In this document: positions 1-9,901 of the stretch, piece by piece
Numbering within the stretch: the stretch's first letter is position 1
Layout of the letters: every line of letters starts with the position of its first letter
Source of the DNA: an uncultured virus (IMG/VR IMGVR_UViG_2061766007_001169)
Lineage: Duplodnaviria; Heunggongvirae; Uroviricota; Caudoviricetes
Direction: 5' to 3' (one strand)
DNA length: 20,000 nt
Virus record (IMG/VR): IMGVR_UViG_2061766007_001169
Notes under the pieces: generated by a model
Told to the model about the DNA's origin: nothing
Seen by the model: only the letters and a program-made list of their open reading frames with translations
Databases searched by the model: none
Program-made: the position numbers and the translations under genes

Positions 1-240
1 ATGGACGCCGAGACCTGGATGAACGCAAAGGAGGCCGTGAAGCTGGGCTTTGCCGATGAGATCCTCTTTGCCGGAAAGAAGGAAGATGAACCTTCCGATG
101 ACGGCACGGAGATGCTCTTTTCACGCAAGGCTGTGACGGATTCGCTCCTTTCAAAGCTGATCCCGAAACGCCCGGAGAAATCGAAGAACACAGTCAAAGT
201 AACCGACCTTGAGAAGCGCCTGTCGCTTCTCTCACACTAA
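1..240 (+). CDS. Phage head maturation protease, ClpP family (C-terminal part; gene starts before window)
   Basis: MDAETWMNAKEAVKLGFADEI is the typical ClpP C-terminal motif (ETWM.A.EA..LGFAD); lies directly upstream of the capsid gene; stop TAA 238-240. Confidence 0.88.
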   Translation: MDAETWMNAKEAVKLGFADEILFAGKKEDEPSDDGTEMLFSRKAVTDSLLSKLIPKRPEKSKNTVKVTDLEKRLSLLSH

Positions 241-259
241 TTTTATGGAGGTATTTATC

Positions 260-1412
260 ATGACCAAGATTANNNNNNNNNNNNNNNNNNNNNNNNNNNN
301 NNNNNNNNNNNNNNNNNNNNNNNNNNNNNNNNNNNNNNNNNNNNNNNNNNNNNNNNNNNNNNNNNNNNNNNNNNNNNNNNNNNNNNNNNNNNNNNNNNNN
401 NNNNNNNNNNNNNNNNNNNNNNNNNNNNNNNAAAGCCCGGCGCCGCAGAGGACAAGGAAGAAAAGACCGGCAGAGCATCCGCCGCTTACAAGAAGGCGTT
501 CTGGGATAACATCCGTCATCCCGGCAATCCGGCTGTCCGCAACGTGCTGGAAGAGGGCACCGATGCCAACGGCGGCTATCTCGTCCCTATCGAGTTCGAG
601 CATACCCTTGTGCAGGCGCTCAACGAGAACAACATCATGCGTACCATCGGCTGCAAGATCATCACCACGCAGAANNNNNNNNNNTGTGGCGAACGGCCAC
701 ACGCAGGCGGCATGGACGGCGGAGAACGGCGCCTATACCGAGAGCAATCCTACCTTCGGGCAGACCAGCATTGACGCTTTCAAGCTGACTGACCTCATCA
801 AGGTGTCCGATGAGCTGCTTTCCGACAGCTTCTTCGATATCGAGGGCTACATCTCCGAGGAGTTCGGTCGTGCCTTCGGTGAAGCCGAGGAGGACGCCTT
901 CATCAACGGCGCGATCCAGACCGGGCAGACGTCTATCGACAGACCGACAGGACTGTTCATTCCTTCTGCCGCTGGCGGCGCTCCGTCCGGCGTGACGGCT
1001 NNNNNNNNNNNNNNNNNNNNNTGTGTATTCCCTCAAGGCTCCGTACCGCGGCAAGGCAAAGTTCCTCATGAACGATGCCACCGTTGCGGCCATCAGAAAA
1101 CTCAAGGATCTGAACGGCGTCTATGTATGGCAGCCTGCCCTTACCGCAGGCGAGCCTGACAGACTGCTCGGATATCCGCTCTACACCTCTCCGAAGGTGC
1201 CTACGATGGCGGCGGGTGCGAGAGCCATCGCGTTCGGTGATTTCTCCTGCTACTGGATCGCAGACAGAGCGGGGCGCACCATCAAGCGTCTGAACGAGCT
1301 TTACGCTACCAACGGTCAGGTCGGCTTTACCTGCACGGAACGTGTGGACGGCAAGCTGATCCTTGCGGAAGGCATCAAGATCCTCGACATGAAGGCGACT
1401 TCCGGTTCTTAA
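260..1412 (+). CDS. Major capsid protein, HK97 fold (interrupted by three N-gaps)
   Basis: RBS GGAGGT then ATG at 260. Readable pieces: LEEGTDANGGYLVPIEFE, AAWTAENGAYTESNPTFGQ, KLTDLIKVSDELLSDSFFDIEGYI, IRKLKDLNGVYVWQP...PDRLLGYP, IAFGDFSCYWIADR, ERVDGKL. Apparent frame changes coincide with gaps at 273-431, 675-684 and 1001-1021. Confidence 0.93.
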
Positions 1413-1431
1413 GGAGAGGAAGTGAACGACC

Positions 1432-1767
1432 GTGGCACTGATTTCAACTGAAGACGCGAAGGCTTATCTGCGCGTAGATTCTGCGGATGAGGATGCCACG
1501 GTCGGCATCCTCTTAGCCTCCGCCATCCGTTTATGTGTCGATATTGCAAGGCTGACCGATGAGCAATGGGAAGTGATCGATTCGGATGCTGAGTCCTCCG
1601 AGGATTACACGGAGTCGGAACTTTCCGCCATCCGGGAGACGATGAAAGTAGCAATCCTTTATTCCTGTGCCTATTTCTTTGAACACAGGGAGGACGCTGA
1701 CCATCACGCGCTGACATTGACGCTGCGCTCCCTGCTCTTTGCAATACGGGAAGGAGCGTTCTCATGA
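1432..1767 (+). CDS. Head-tail connector protein (HK97 gp6-like)
   Basis: GTG start after GAGGAAG; AKAYLRVD..DED at the N-terminus and AILY...YFFEHRE near the C-terminus; follows the capsid gene. Confidence 0.88.
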   Translation: MALISTEDAKAYLRVDSADEDATVGILLASAIRLCVDIARLTDEQWEVIDSDAESSEDYTESELSAIRETMKVAILYSCAYFFEHREDADHHALTLTLRSLLFAIREGAFS

Positions 1768-2117
1768 ATATAGCAGCTATGCGGGTGCGCGTCACCTTTC
1801 AGAAAAATACGGTCATCGTAGACAAGTACGGTAACCACAAAAACGGGTGGGCGGATTATTTCTCCTGCTGGGCGACCGCAGGCTCCAACAATGCGGTAAG
1901 CGGGACGGGGACCGGCTCTGAAAGCACGGGTGTTGTTATCCGCTCCGAAGAGTCCCTTTCCTTTACCTGCAGGTGGTGTTCCGAACTTGCCGCCGTGGAG
2001 TCCACGAAATATAGGATCGTCTGCGAGGGCAAGACCTACAACATCATCTATGTGAATCCGATGGGCTTCAAGCATAACAGCATCAAGTTTTCCTGCGAAC
2101 TGGAGGGTCAGTCATGA
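1764..2117 (+). CDS. Head closure / head-tail adaptor (SPP1 gp16-like)
   Basis: MNIAAMRVRVTFQ...DKYGNH...W.DYFSCWAT and YRI..EGKTYNI motifs; ATGA overlap with the upstream gene. Confidence 0.85.
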   Translation: MNIAAMRVRVTFQKNTVIVDKYGNHKNGWADYFSCWATAGSNNAVSGTGTGSESTGVVIRSEESLSFTCRWCSELAAVESTKYRIVCEGKTYNIIYVNPMGFKHNSIKFSCELEGQS

Positions 2118-2494
2118 GCCGCCGGGTATCCGTGGACGGCATGGCGGACGCCATCATGGAGGAGCTGACGAAGTACTCTGACCTTGCCGCCGATGAACTG
2201 AAAGCCGCCGTGAAAGAGACGGCGCAGTCGGTACGCAAGGACATCCAGGCATCCGCTCCGTCACGCACGGGAAAATACAAGAAATCGTGGTCGGTAAAGA
2301 CCGTGAAGGAATCCTCGGAAACCATCGACCTGGTGGTGCATTCCAAAAACCGCTATCAGATAGCGCACCTTCTGGAACACGGCCACGCCAAGCGCGGCGG
2401 AGGACGGGTCGCGGCAAGACCGCATATCGCTCCCGCCGAACAGGCAGGAAACGAAAAGCTGGTAAAGACCATCGAGCAGAAGCTGAAAGGATGA
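2114..2494 (+). CDS. HK97 gp10-family tail completion protein
   Basis: APSRTGKYKKSW, HLLEHGHAKRGGGRV.ARPHI.PA motifs; ATGA overlap. Confidence 0.9.
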   Translation: MSRRVSVDGMADAIMEELTKYSDLAADELKAAVKETAQSVRKDIQASAPSRTGKYKKSWSVKTVKESSETIDLVVHSKNRYQIAHLLEHGHAKRGGGRVAARPHIAPAEQAGNEKLVKTIEQKLKG

Positions 2495-2499
2495 TGCCT

Positions 2500-2829
2500 A
2501 TGACACACGAAGAAATCGTAACCATGCTGGAGGAGGCGAACCTTCCTCTTGCCTATGACCATTTTGCGGAGGGCGAGTCGCCTGATCCGCCTTTTTTAAT
2601 CTTCCTCTTTCCGGGGACGGACAATATGTTCGCCGACAATAAGGTGTGGCAGAAGATCAACCAGCTGAACATCGAACTGTACACGGACGAGAAGTCGCCG
2701 GAAACGGAAGAAACAATCGAGAACATCCTGGACTCCTACGAGATCCCCTACGAGAAGTCGGAGTACTGGATCGAATCGGAAAAGATGTATGAAGTGCTTT
2801 ATCAAACAGAAATTTTAGGAGGTAACTGA
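2500..2829 (+). CDS. Putative tail terminator protein
   Basis: Acidic ~110-aa ORF (LPLAYDHFAEGESPDPPFLIF...ADNKVW..I.QLNIELYTDEK) between gp10 and the major tail gene. The start may be 2491, 2494 or 2500; the ORF-track start at 2287 overlaps gp10 and is unlikely. Confidence 0.75.
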   Translation: MTHEEIVTMLEEANLPLAYDHFAEGESPDPPFLIFLFPGTDNMFADNKVWQKINQLNIELYTDEKSPETEETIENILDSYEIPYEKSEYWIESEKMYEVLYQTEILGGN

Positions 2830-2831
2830 CT

Positions 2832-3233
2832 ATGGCAACGAAAAAGAACAAAGTCAAGTTCGGTCTGAAGAACTGCCATTACGCCCTGGTCACGCTTGCG
2901 GATGATGGTACCGCCACATTCGGCACGCCTGTGGCTATGCCGGGCGCCGTATCCCTTTCGCTTGACGCGGAGGGTGAAAACGAGCCGTTCTACGCCGATG
3001 ATTCCGTGTACTACATGGTATCGGACAACAACGGCTATTCCGGCGATCTGGAACTTGCGCTTATCCCGGAGAGTTTCCTTACGGACATCATGCACGAGAC
3101 CGAGGACAGCAACGGCGTTCTCTATGAGAACAAGGACGTGGAGCCGGAACATTTTGCCCTGCTTTTCGAGTTCACGGGCGACCAGAGGAAGATCCGCCAC
3201 TGTATGTATTACTGCTCGGCGAGCCGTCCTTCC
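2832..3233 (+). CDS. Major tail protein, phi13 family, N-terminal part (cut by N-gap)
   Basis: RBS GGAGGT; KNKVKFGLKNCHYA, PGAVSLSLDAEGE..PFYADD, NNGYSGDLELA, FALLFEF.GD, YYCSASRPS. Confidence 0.92.
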
Positions 3234-3243
3234 NNNNNNNNNN

Positions 3244-3295
3244 TGACTGGGACTACGCGCAGGTCGCTACCCAGGAGCAGATGGACAGATTTTAA
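3244..3295 (+). CDS. 3' end of second tail chaperone ORF (T segment), allele 2
   Basis: DWDYAQVATQEQMDRF-stop, the same peptide as at ~3517-3566 with synonymous differences (CAG/CAA). Confidence 0.8.
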
Positions 3296-3313
3296 CGAAG
3301 GGAGGCAGGACGC

Positions 3314-3384
3314 ATGGCTGACAGAATTAAGGGCATAACAGTCGAGATCGGCGGCGATACGACCGGCCTCTCGAAAGCCCTGTC
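3314..3384 (+). CDS. True N-terminus of the tape measure protein (displaced fragment)
   Basis: RBS GGGAGG, then MADRIKGITVEIGGDTTGLSKAL, a typical TMP start in this phage type; sits immediately after the T-segment stop, as in normal synteny. Confidence 0.85.
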
Positions 3385-3402
3385 NNNNNNNNNNAAAGGG
3401 AG

Positions 3403-3566
3403 ATGACAACGCCGTTGTTCCTGCTCCGGTGTGTGCAGATCGGGCTTTCCATCTCGGAACTCGATCTGCTCACCATCGGGACGGTGAACGATATGTATGC
3501 GGAAATGTCAAATGACGACTGGGACTACGCGCAAGTCGCTACCCAAGAGCAGATGGACAGATTTTA
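3403..3566 (+). CDS. Second tail assembly chaperone ORF (T segment of G/GT pair)
   Basis: MTTPLFLLRCVQIGLSISELDLLTIGTVNDMYAEMSNDDWDYAQVATQEQMDRF; stop truncated at the gap; small ORF normally found between chaperone G and TMP. Confidence 0.8.
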
Positions 3567-3577
3567 NNNNNNNNNNA

Positions 3578-3754
3578 TCCGGCAATACCCGCGAGGATTC
3601 TACCGAGGTGCAGACAGAAACACTCTCGCTGACCGTTTCCCCTCTGCCGAGCGGACTGGTGAAGGTCAAGACCGGGACGAACACCACGGCGGCTGTCTAT
3701 GACGCCTGGTACAACTCGGTATATGAGATTTCAACCGAAAGCAGCGGCGAGTAA
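3578..3754 (+). CDS. Major tail protein, C-terminal part (displaced in scaffold)
   Basis: SGNTREDSTEVQTETLSLTVSPLPSGLVKVKTG...YDAWYNSVYE-stop continues the ...SRPS end at 3233 as expected for this family; directly followed by the chaperone gene. Confidence 0.85.
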   Translation, partial: SGNTREDSTEVQTETLSLTVSPLPSGLVKVKTGTNTTAAVYDAWYNSVYEISTESSGE

Positions 3755-3768
3755 GGAGGGCTTAAATC

Positions 3769-4134
3769 ATGGCAGTAACAAAAACAATCGCCGTTGACGG
3801 CAAAGACGTGACTTTCCGTGCGTCTGCCGCCATCCCACGGCTTTACAGAAACAAGTTCCATAGGGACATTTACCGTGACCTGAACGAACTTCAGAAAGGG
3901 ATCGATGAGAACAGTGCCGGGGAATCCAACCTCGACACTTTTTCTTTGGAACTTTTCGAGAACATTGCGTGGCTCATGGCAAGGCACGCCGACTCTGCCG
4001 TTCCCGACTCTCCCGAAGAGTGGCTGGACGGCTTCAACACCTTTTCCATCTACGAGGTGCTGCCGCAGATCATTGAACTGTGGAGCATCAACACGCAGCA
4101 GCAGGTCGAGTCTAAAAAAAACGTCCCGCCACGG
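3769..4134 (+). CDS. Tail assembly chaperone (gpG-like), last codons cut by gap
   Basis: RBS AGGAGG; MAVTKTIAVDGKDVTFRASAAIPRLYR..F.RDI, LELFENIAW.MA, PEEWLD.F.TFSIYEVLPQIIELW, ending ...ESKKN over an A8 run. Confidence 0.85.
4113..4122 (+). other. Putative -1 ribosomal frameshift slippery site (A AAA AAC)
   Basis: TCT AAA AAA AAC at the end of chaperone G; X XXY YYZ heptamer at 4116-4122 in the right phase; G/GT frameshifting is conserved in long-tailed phages. Confidence 0.75.
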
Positions 4135-4144
4135 NNNNNNNNNN

Positions 4145-4262
4145 TACTGAAACTTGATCCTACGAATACAACGCTCCTTCAGCAGAAACAGCAGCTTTTG
4201 AAAACTGCTATCTCTGAAACCAAGGACAAGCTGACACAGCTGAAATCCGTGCAGGATCAGAT
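4145..4262 (+). repeat. Alternative allele fragment of tape measure 5' region
   Basis: Encodes LLKLDPTNTTLLQQKQQLLKTAISETKDKLTQLKSVQDQ, near-identical to ~4307-4425 with synonymous changes; bounded by 10-N gaps. Confidence 0.85.
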
Positions 4263-4272
4263 NNNNNNNNNN

Positions 4273-7141
4273 GTCCACGCAGACACAGCTGAAGGACGTC
4301 AATAAATTATTGAAGCTTGATCCTACGAATACAACGCTCCTTCAGCAGAAACAGCAGCTCTTAAAGACTGCTATCTCTGAAACCAAGGACAAGCTGACGC
4401 AGCTGAAATCCGTGCAGGATCAGATGGATGAGGGCTTGAAGAACGGCACGGTCACACAGCAGCAGTATGACGCCTGGCAGAGGGAGATCGTAGAAACAGA
4501 AAACGAACTGAAGAACCTGCAAAAAGAACTGGACAATTCCTCCACGGCAATGACGAAAATGACTGCCGCCGGGGAGAAACTCCAGTCTGTGGGCGATACC
4601 ATTTCCGGCGTGGGAAAGAAGATGCTGCCCGTGACCGCAGGCATCACGGCGCTCGGAACGGCGGCTGTCACCACGGCGGCAAACTTTGAATCGTCCATGT
4701 CGCAGGTGCAGGCTACGATGGGCATCACCAAGGATTCCATGTCCGAGGTGGACGGGCAGTCCGTCAATACGATGGACGCGCTCACAGACCTTGCAAAGCA
4801 GATGGGCGAAACCACGGCATTTTCCGCCACGGAGTGCGCCGAGGCGTTAAACTACCTCGCGCTTGCCGGATATGATACACAGGAAATGGTGGACACGCTG
4901 CCGACCGTTCTGAACCTTGCCGCCGCGGGCGGTATGGAACTTGCCACGGCATCGGATATGGTAACGGACGCCATGTCCGCTCTCGGCATGGAAACATCCG
5001 ATGCGGATGTCATGGTCGACCAGATGGCAAAGACCGCGTCCAGCACCAATACTTCCGTAGAGCAGCTCGGCGAGGGCATTCTTAAGATTGGCGCGACAGC
5101 AAGGAGCGTAAAGGGTGGTACGGCGGAACTGAACACGGCGCTCGGCATCCTTGCCAATAACGGCATCAAGGGAGCCGAGGGCGGCACACACCTCCGTAAT
5201 GTCATCCTCTCTTTGCAGGAGGGCTGTGAGAACGGCGCTATCGCTGTGGGCGATATGTCTGTCCAGGTCTATGACGCTGAGGGAAATATGCGTTCCCTCA
5301 ATGACATCCTCGGCGACATGAACACGGCGATGGACGGCATGACTGCCGAAGAGAAAAACAACATCATCAGTAAGATCTTCAATAAGACAGACCTTGCGTC
5401 TGTCAATGCGCTCCTCGCCAATACGGGTGATACCTGGGATGAACTGCAGAATTCCATCACCAATTCCGCAGGCGCGGCGCAGCAGATGGCGGACACGCAG
5501 CTTGACAACCTGCAGGGACAGCTGACGCTTTTGAAGTCTGCCCTGGAGGGGCTTGCCATCTCCATCGGTCAGATTCTGATGCCTTATATCAAGTCCATCG
5601 TTTCTCACATTCAGAGTTTCGTGGACTGGCTGAACAATCTTGACGAGCGGACGCAGAAGATCATCGTGACGGTGGCGCTCGTAGTAGCGGCAATTGGTCC
5701 CGTGCTGATCATCGTGGGCAAGGTCATCTCCTCGGTCGGTACGATCATGACGATCATTCCGAAGATCGTGTCGCTGATGGGAACGGTCAAGACCGCTATG
5801 GCGGGGCTGAACGCTACGATGGCGGCGAACCCCATCGGCCTTATCATTACGGCGATAGGTCTTTTGGTAGCGGCGTTCATTTACCTTTGGAACAACTGCG
5901 AAGGTTTCCGGGAGTTCTGGATCAACCTCTGGGAGAAGGTCAAAGAGATAGCGGTCACCGTATGGAACGCCATCAAGGATTTCTTTGTGTCCGTATGGGA
6001 GGCTATCAGCGGAACCTTTACGACTGTGGTTACCGCGATCAGGGATTTCCTGTCCTCCGCCTGGGAGGGCATCAAAAATACAGTCAGCACGGTGATGAAT
6101 GCCATTCATACGGTGATCTCCACGGTGTGGAATACGATAAAAACGGTATTCGAGACTGTTTTCAATGTCATAAAGACTGTGGTCACGACCTATTTCAATA
6201 TCTACAAGACCATCATCGAAACGGTGCTGAATGTCATAAAGACTGTGGTGACTACGGTGGTGAACGCAATCAAGACAGTCATTACCACGGTCTGGAACGC
6301 CATAAAAACCGCTGTCGAAACCGTTGTGAATGCTATAAGGACAGCGGTCACCACGGCATGGAATGCGATAAGCACCACCACATCGACCATCTTCAATACC
6401 GTAAAGACTGTGATTTCTACGGTTTGGAACGCAATTAAAACAGCGGTTACGACCATCGTCAATGCGATCCATACCGCCATCAGCACAGCCTGGAATGCTG
6501 TCAAAACCACGACCTCCACGGTTTTCAATGCCGTAAAGAGTGTGGTCACTTCCGTGTGGAACGGCATAAAGACGGCGATCATGAATGTGGTCAACACAAT
6601 AAAATCCGGCATCACGAACGGCTTCAATGCGATCAAGAGTACCGTCTCCAATATCGTGAACGGCATCAAGAATACCATCTCCAATGTGTTCAATACCATC
6701 TGGAGTACGGTTTCCGGCATCGTGAACAAGCTGAAAAGCGTGTTCAACTTCAGCTGGAGCCTGCCGAAGATCAAGCTGCCGCATTTCTCCATAACGGGCA
6801 GCTTCTCGCTGAACCCGCCGTCCATTCCGCATTTCTCTGTGGACTGGTACAAGAAGGCAATGTCGGGCGGCATGATCCTAAAGGACGCCACGATCTTTGG
6901 ACAGAGTGGAAATACGCTCCTTGGCGGCGGAGAAGCCGGGGACGAGGCTGTGGTGGGCGTGTCCTCCCTTCGTTCTATGATTCAGGACGCTGTGCAGGGC
7001 GCGGCTCTGTCGCTTTCGGGTGACCAGCCGCTTATCAACATCGAAGAAATGAGCGTGAGGAGCGACGACGATATCCGCAAGATTTCTCAGCAGCTGAACA
7101 CGCTCTTAAATGCCGGCAGACGAGCGAAAGGATATATCTGA
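4273..7141 (+). CDS. Tail tape measure protein, TP901 family (5' end displaced to 3314-3384)
   Basis: >940 codons open. TP901-type core (AKQMGETTAFSATECAEALNYLALAG, ALGILANNGIKGAEGGTHLRN, QLDNLQGQLTLLKSALEG), hydrophobic segments, Trp/Phe periodic repeats, C-terminal LPKIKLPHFSITG...WYKKAM..G..L..ATIFG...GGEAG.EAV. Confidence 0.95.
5940..6750 (+). repeat. Degenerate 11/22-residue aromatic repeats in tape measure protein
   Basis: Recurring (V/A)WNAIKTA(V/I)xT and (V/I)FN(V/A/T)(I/V)K units with W/F/V at ~11-residue spacing. Confidence 0.8.
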
Positions 7142-7183
7142 TATGGGATTTTCATTTAACGGTACGACTTCCCNNNNNNNNNN

Positions 7184-7352
7184 CTCCATGATACAGGACG
7201 CGGTGCAGGGCGCGGCGCTGTCGCTCTCCGGTGACCAGCCGCTTATCAACATACAGGAAATGAGCGTGAGGAGCGATGATGATATCCGCAAGATTTCGCA
7301 GCAGCTGAACACGCTCTTAAATGCCGGCAGGCGGGCGAAAGGATATATCTGA
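7184..7352 (+). repeat. Second allele of tape measure 3' end
   Basis: SMIQDAVQGAALSLSGDQPLINIQEMSVRSDDDIRKISQQLNTLLNAGRRAKGYI-stop versus ...INIEEMS... at ~6975-7141. Confidence 0.88.
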
Positions 7353-7353
7353 T

Positions 7354-7667
7354 ATGGGCTTTTCATTTAACGGTACGACTTCCCAGTCTATGGGAATCGC
7401 CACAAGGATCACAACTGAAAACCGTATGCCGGATATTCGGAACAACACCATCACCATGCCGGGACACGAGGGCGTATTCGACTTCGGGGAGACCATCGGC
7501 GAGAGGAAGATACAGATTTCCTGCTTCATCCCTCCGGGGAACAGCGATGAGGACTTTCTCTCGCTCAAGGACAATATCATAGCGTGGCTGAATCCTGACA
7601 ACGGACTCTGCCCGCTCATCCTCGACAAGGAACCGGGACGGGTGTATTCGGCACGGCTGAACGAGGG
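7354..7667 (+). CDS. Distal tail protein (Dit, siphovirus tail component), N-terminal fragment
   Basis: MGFSFNGTTSQSMGI...MPGHEGVFDFGETIGERKIQISC...LILDKEPGRVYSARL immediately after the TMP stop; another start copy at 7143-7173. Confidence 0.88.
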
Positions 7668-7677
7668 NNNNNNNNNN

Positions 7678-8172
7678 GCATGAGGGCGTGTTCGACTTCG
7701 GGGAAACCGTCGGCGAGAGGAAGATACAGATTTCCTGCTTNNNNNNNNNNAACCGTCGGCGAGAGGAAGATATAGATTTCCTGCTTTATCCCTCCGGGTA
7801 ACAGCGATGCGGGTTTCCTTGCGCTCAAGGACGATATCATAGCGTGGCTGAACCCGGATAAAGGGCTGTGTCCGCTGATACTCGACAAGGAACCGGGGCG
7901 GGTGTATTCCGCAAGGCTGAACGAGGGCTTCTCCTTTGATAAGGCGGTGCGCAATTCCTGCACCTTCGATCTTACGTTCCTCTGTCCCGATCCGTATGCC
8001 TACGCCGCTGCGGACGAGACATACACCATCGCGCAGACTGGGGATTCCACGGTGACAAGGACGCTTGGAAACGCCGTCTCCCTGCCTGTGTATTCGCTGA
8101 CAGGCGTTATCCCGTCCGGCACTTCTACCTACATCACGATAACGACCAACGGCAGCGAACTGAAGATCACGG
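7678..8172 (+). CDS. Dit allele fragments (7678-7740 and 7751-8172)
   Basis: HEGVFDFGETVGERKIQISC and TVGERK...FLCPDPYAYA...NGSELKIT; overlap other Dit copies with substitutions; gap-bounded. Confidence 0.82.
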
Positions 8173-8182
8173 NNNNNNNNNN

Positions 8183-8624
8183 CAATTCCTGCACCTTTGA
8201 CCTGGTGTTTTTATGTCCCGATCCGTATGCCTACGCCGCTGCGGACGAGACATACACCATCGCGCAGGCCGGAACTTCCACGGTTACAAGAACACTTGGA
8301 AACGCTGTCTCCCTGCCCGTCTATTCGCTGACAGGCGTTATCCCGTCCGGCAATTCTACCTACATCACGATAACGACCAACGGCAGCGAACTGAAGATCA
8401 CGGGCAGGCTTGCAAGCGGAGAAACGCTGGTCATAGATTCGTCGCTCATGACGGCGAAGGTGGTGGACGGAAACGGCAATACGCTCCGAAACGGTCTGCC
8501 GCTCCTCTCGGAGCTTAATTTCCCGACATTGAATGTAGGCGCAAACACGGTCACAGTCGCCGCCACGGGCAGCGGCGTGACCTTTACGGAATTGAACATA
8601 TCGGCAAGGAGCCGCTGGAGGTGA
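8183..8624 (+). CDS. Dit C-terminal allele fragment
   Basis: NSCTFDLVFLCPDPYAYA...NFPTLNVGANTVTV...ISARSRWR-stop; followed by tail-tip start MALKNTMN at 8631. Confidence 0.85.
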
Positions 8625-8630
8625 TTCTTT

Positions 8631-9443
8631 ATGGCTTTGAAAAATACGATGAACACNNNNNNNNNNGGGGCAAGTACCTGCGTCATGGGGCAAGGACGGG
8701 CTGTGGCGGTTCAATGAAACCGAGCCTGACGCGAACACCTGCACGGCGGACACCTCCGGCAACGGCAGGGATGCCTACATCAACAACTGGAGCGGCACGA
8801 CCGCCGATTTCAAGACAGGACATCTCGGTAACTACTTCCAGATGAACATCAACAATCCGTCATCGGAAAAGACCTATCTCAGGGCGTCNNNNNNNNNNGA
8901 CGCCTACATCAACAACTGGAGCGGAACGACTGCCGATTTCAAGACGGGGCATCTCGGTAACTATTTTCAGATGAACATCAACAATCCGTCATCGGAAAAG
9001 ACCTATCTCAGGGCGTCGAATGACGGTGCGATGTTCTCGGATATCGGAGACAGAATTATTGTCGGCGGGTGGTTCAAGCCTACCACCTATTCGGTCGGCA
9101 ACACCTATACACCTCTGCTCTCCACAAGAGCAGGCACGGGCAATCCGATTTTTTACCTGTCGCTCATCCGCGGCAAGCCGAGGATCATGCTCTACAACTC
9201 CTCCGGCTCCCTGATTCTCGACACATCGGTCACGCCGTCCTTCTCGTTTGTGAACGGCGGCTGGTATTTTATCGCCGCTGTGATAGAGCCAAACAATCAG
9301 AAAGCCTGGTATGTGGTCGGAGACAGGGAAAGCGGAGAGGTGTGGACTTCCTCCGCGCTGACCATCAACGGGACGCTGAACCGCTCCTGTACGGCAGACC
9401 TTGTCTGGGGAATGCTGAATACCTCCTACTGGTACGCGGGCGG
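8631..9443 (+). CDS. Tail tip protein N-terminal LamG/ConA-like domain, allele fragments (8631-8656, 8667-8888, 8899-9443)
   Basis: GLWRFNE....DTSGNGRDAYI, IIVGGWFKP, WYFIAAV, YWYAGG; LamG-like signature; matches the 11678-12330 region. Confidence 0.82.
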
Positions 9444-9453
9444 NNNNNNNNNN

Positions 9454-9895
9454 TAACTCCTGCACTTTCGACCTGGTATTTTTATGTCCCGATCCGTATG
9501 CCTACGCCGCTGCGGACGAGACATACACCATCGCGCAGGCCGGAACTTCCACGGTTACAAGAACACTTGGAAACGCTGTCTCCCTGCCTGTGTATTCGCT
9601 GACGGGCGTTATTCCATCCGGCACGAACACCTACATCACGATCACCACAAACGGCAGCGAACTGAGAATCACGGGCAGGCTTGCCAGCGGAGAAACGCTG
9701 GTCATTGACTCGGCGCTCATGACGGCAAAGGTGGTGGACGGAAACGGCGATACGCTGCGAAACGGTCTGCCGCTCCTCTCGGAGCTTAATTTCCCGACTT
9801 TGAATGTGGGAGCAAACACGGTCACAGTCGCCGTCACGGGCAGCGGCGTGACTTTTACGGAACTGAACATATCGGCGAGGAGCCGCTGGAGGTGA
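9454..9895 (+). CDS. Dit C-terminal allele fragment
   Basis: Homologous to 8183-8624, starting at the same homologous base; followed by ATGGCTTTGAAA at 9902. Confidence 0.85.
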
Positions 9896-9901
9896 TTCTT
9901 T

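Noticed and set aside
260..1412. Frameshifted/pseudogenised capsid gene
   Set aside because: Every frame change falls at an N-gap of estimated length; no internal stops occur in the correct frames.
2832..4305. Novel fusion proteins or rearranged gene order in the tail region (ORFs 2832-3338, 3403-3702, 3497-3754, 3769-4305)
   Set aside because: These ORFs read through N-gaps joining unrelated fragments; the pieces reassemble into the standard tail-G-T-TMP order.
5940..6750. CRISPR-like or DNA tandem repeat array
   Set aside because: The periodicity is at protein level with degenerate codons inside the TMP frame; there are no identical repeats with unique spacers.
4847..6832. 661-aa minus-strand ORF (and 6202-6891, 12678-13625, 18109-18867)
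   Set aside because: Antisense shadows of GC3-biased + strand genes, with no recognisable motifs and His/Arg/Asp-rich composition typical of such shadows.
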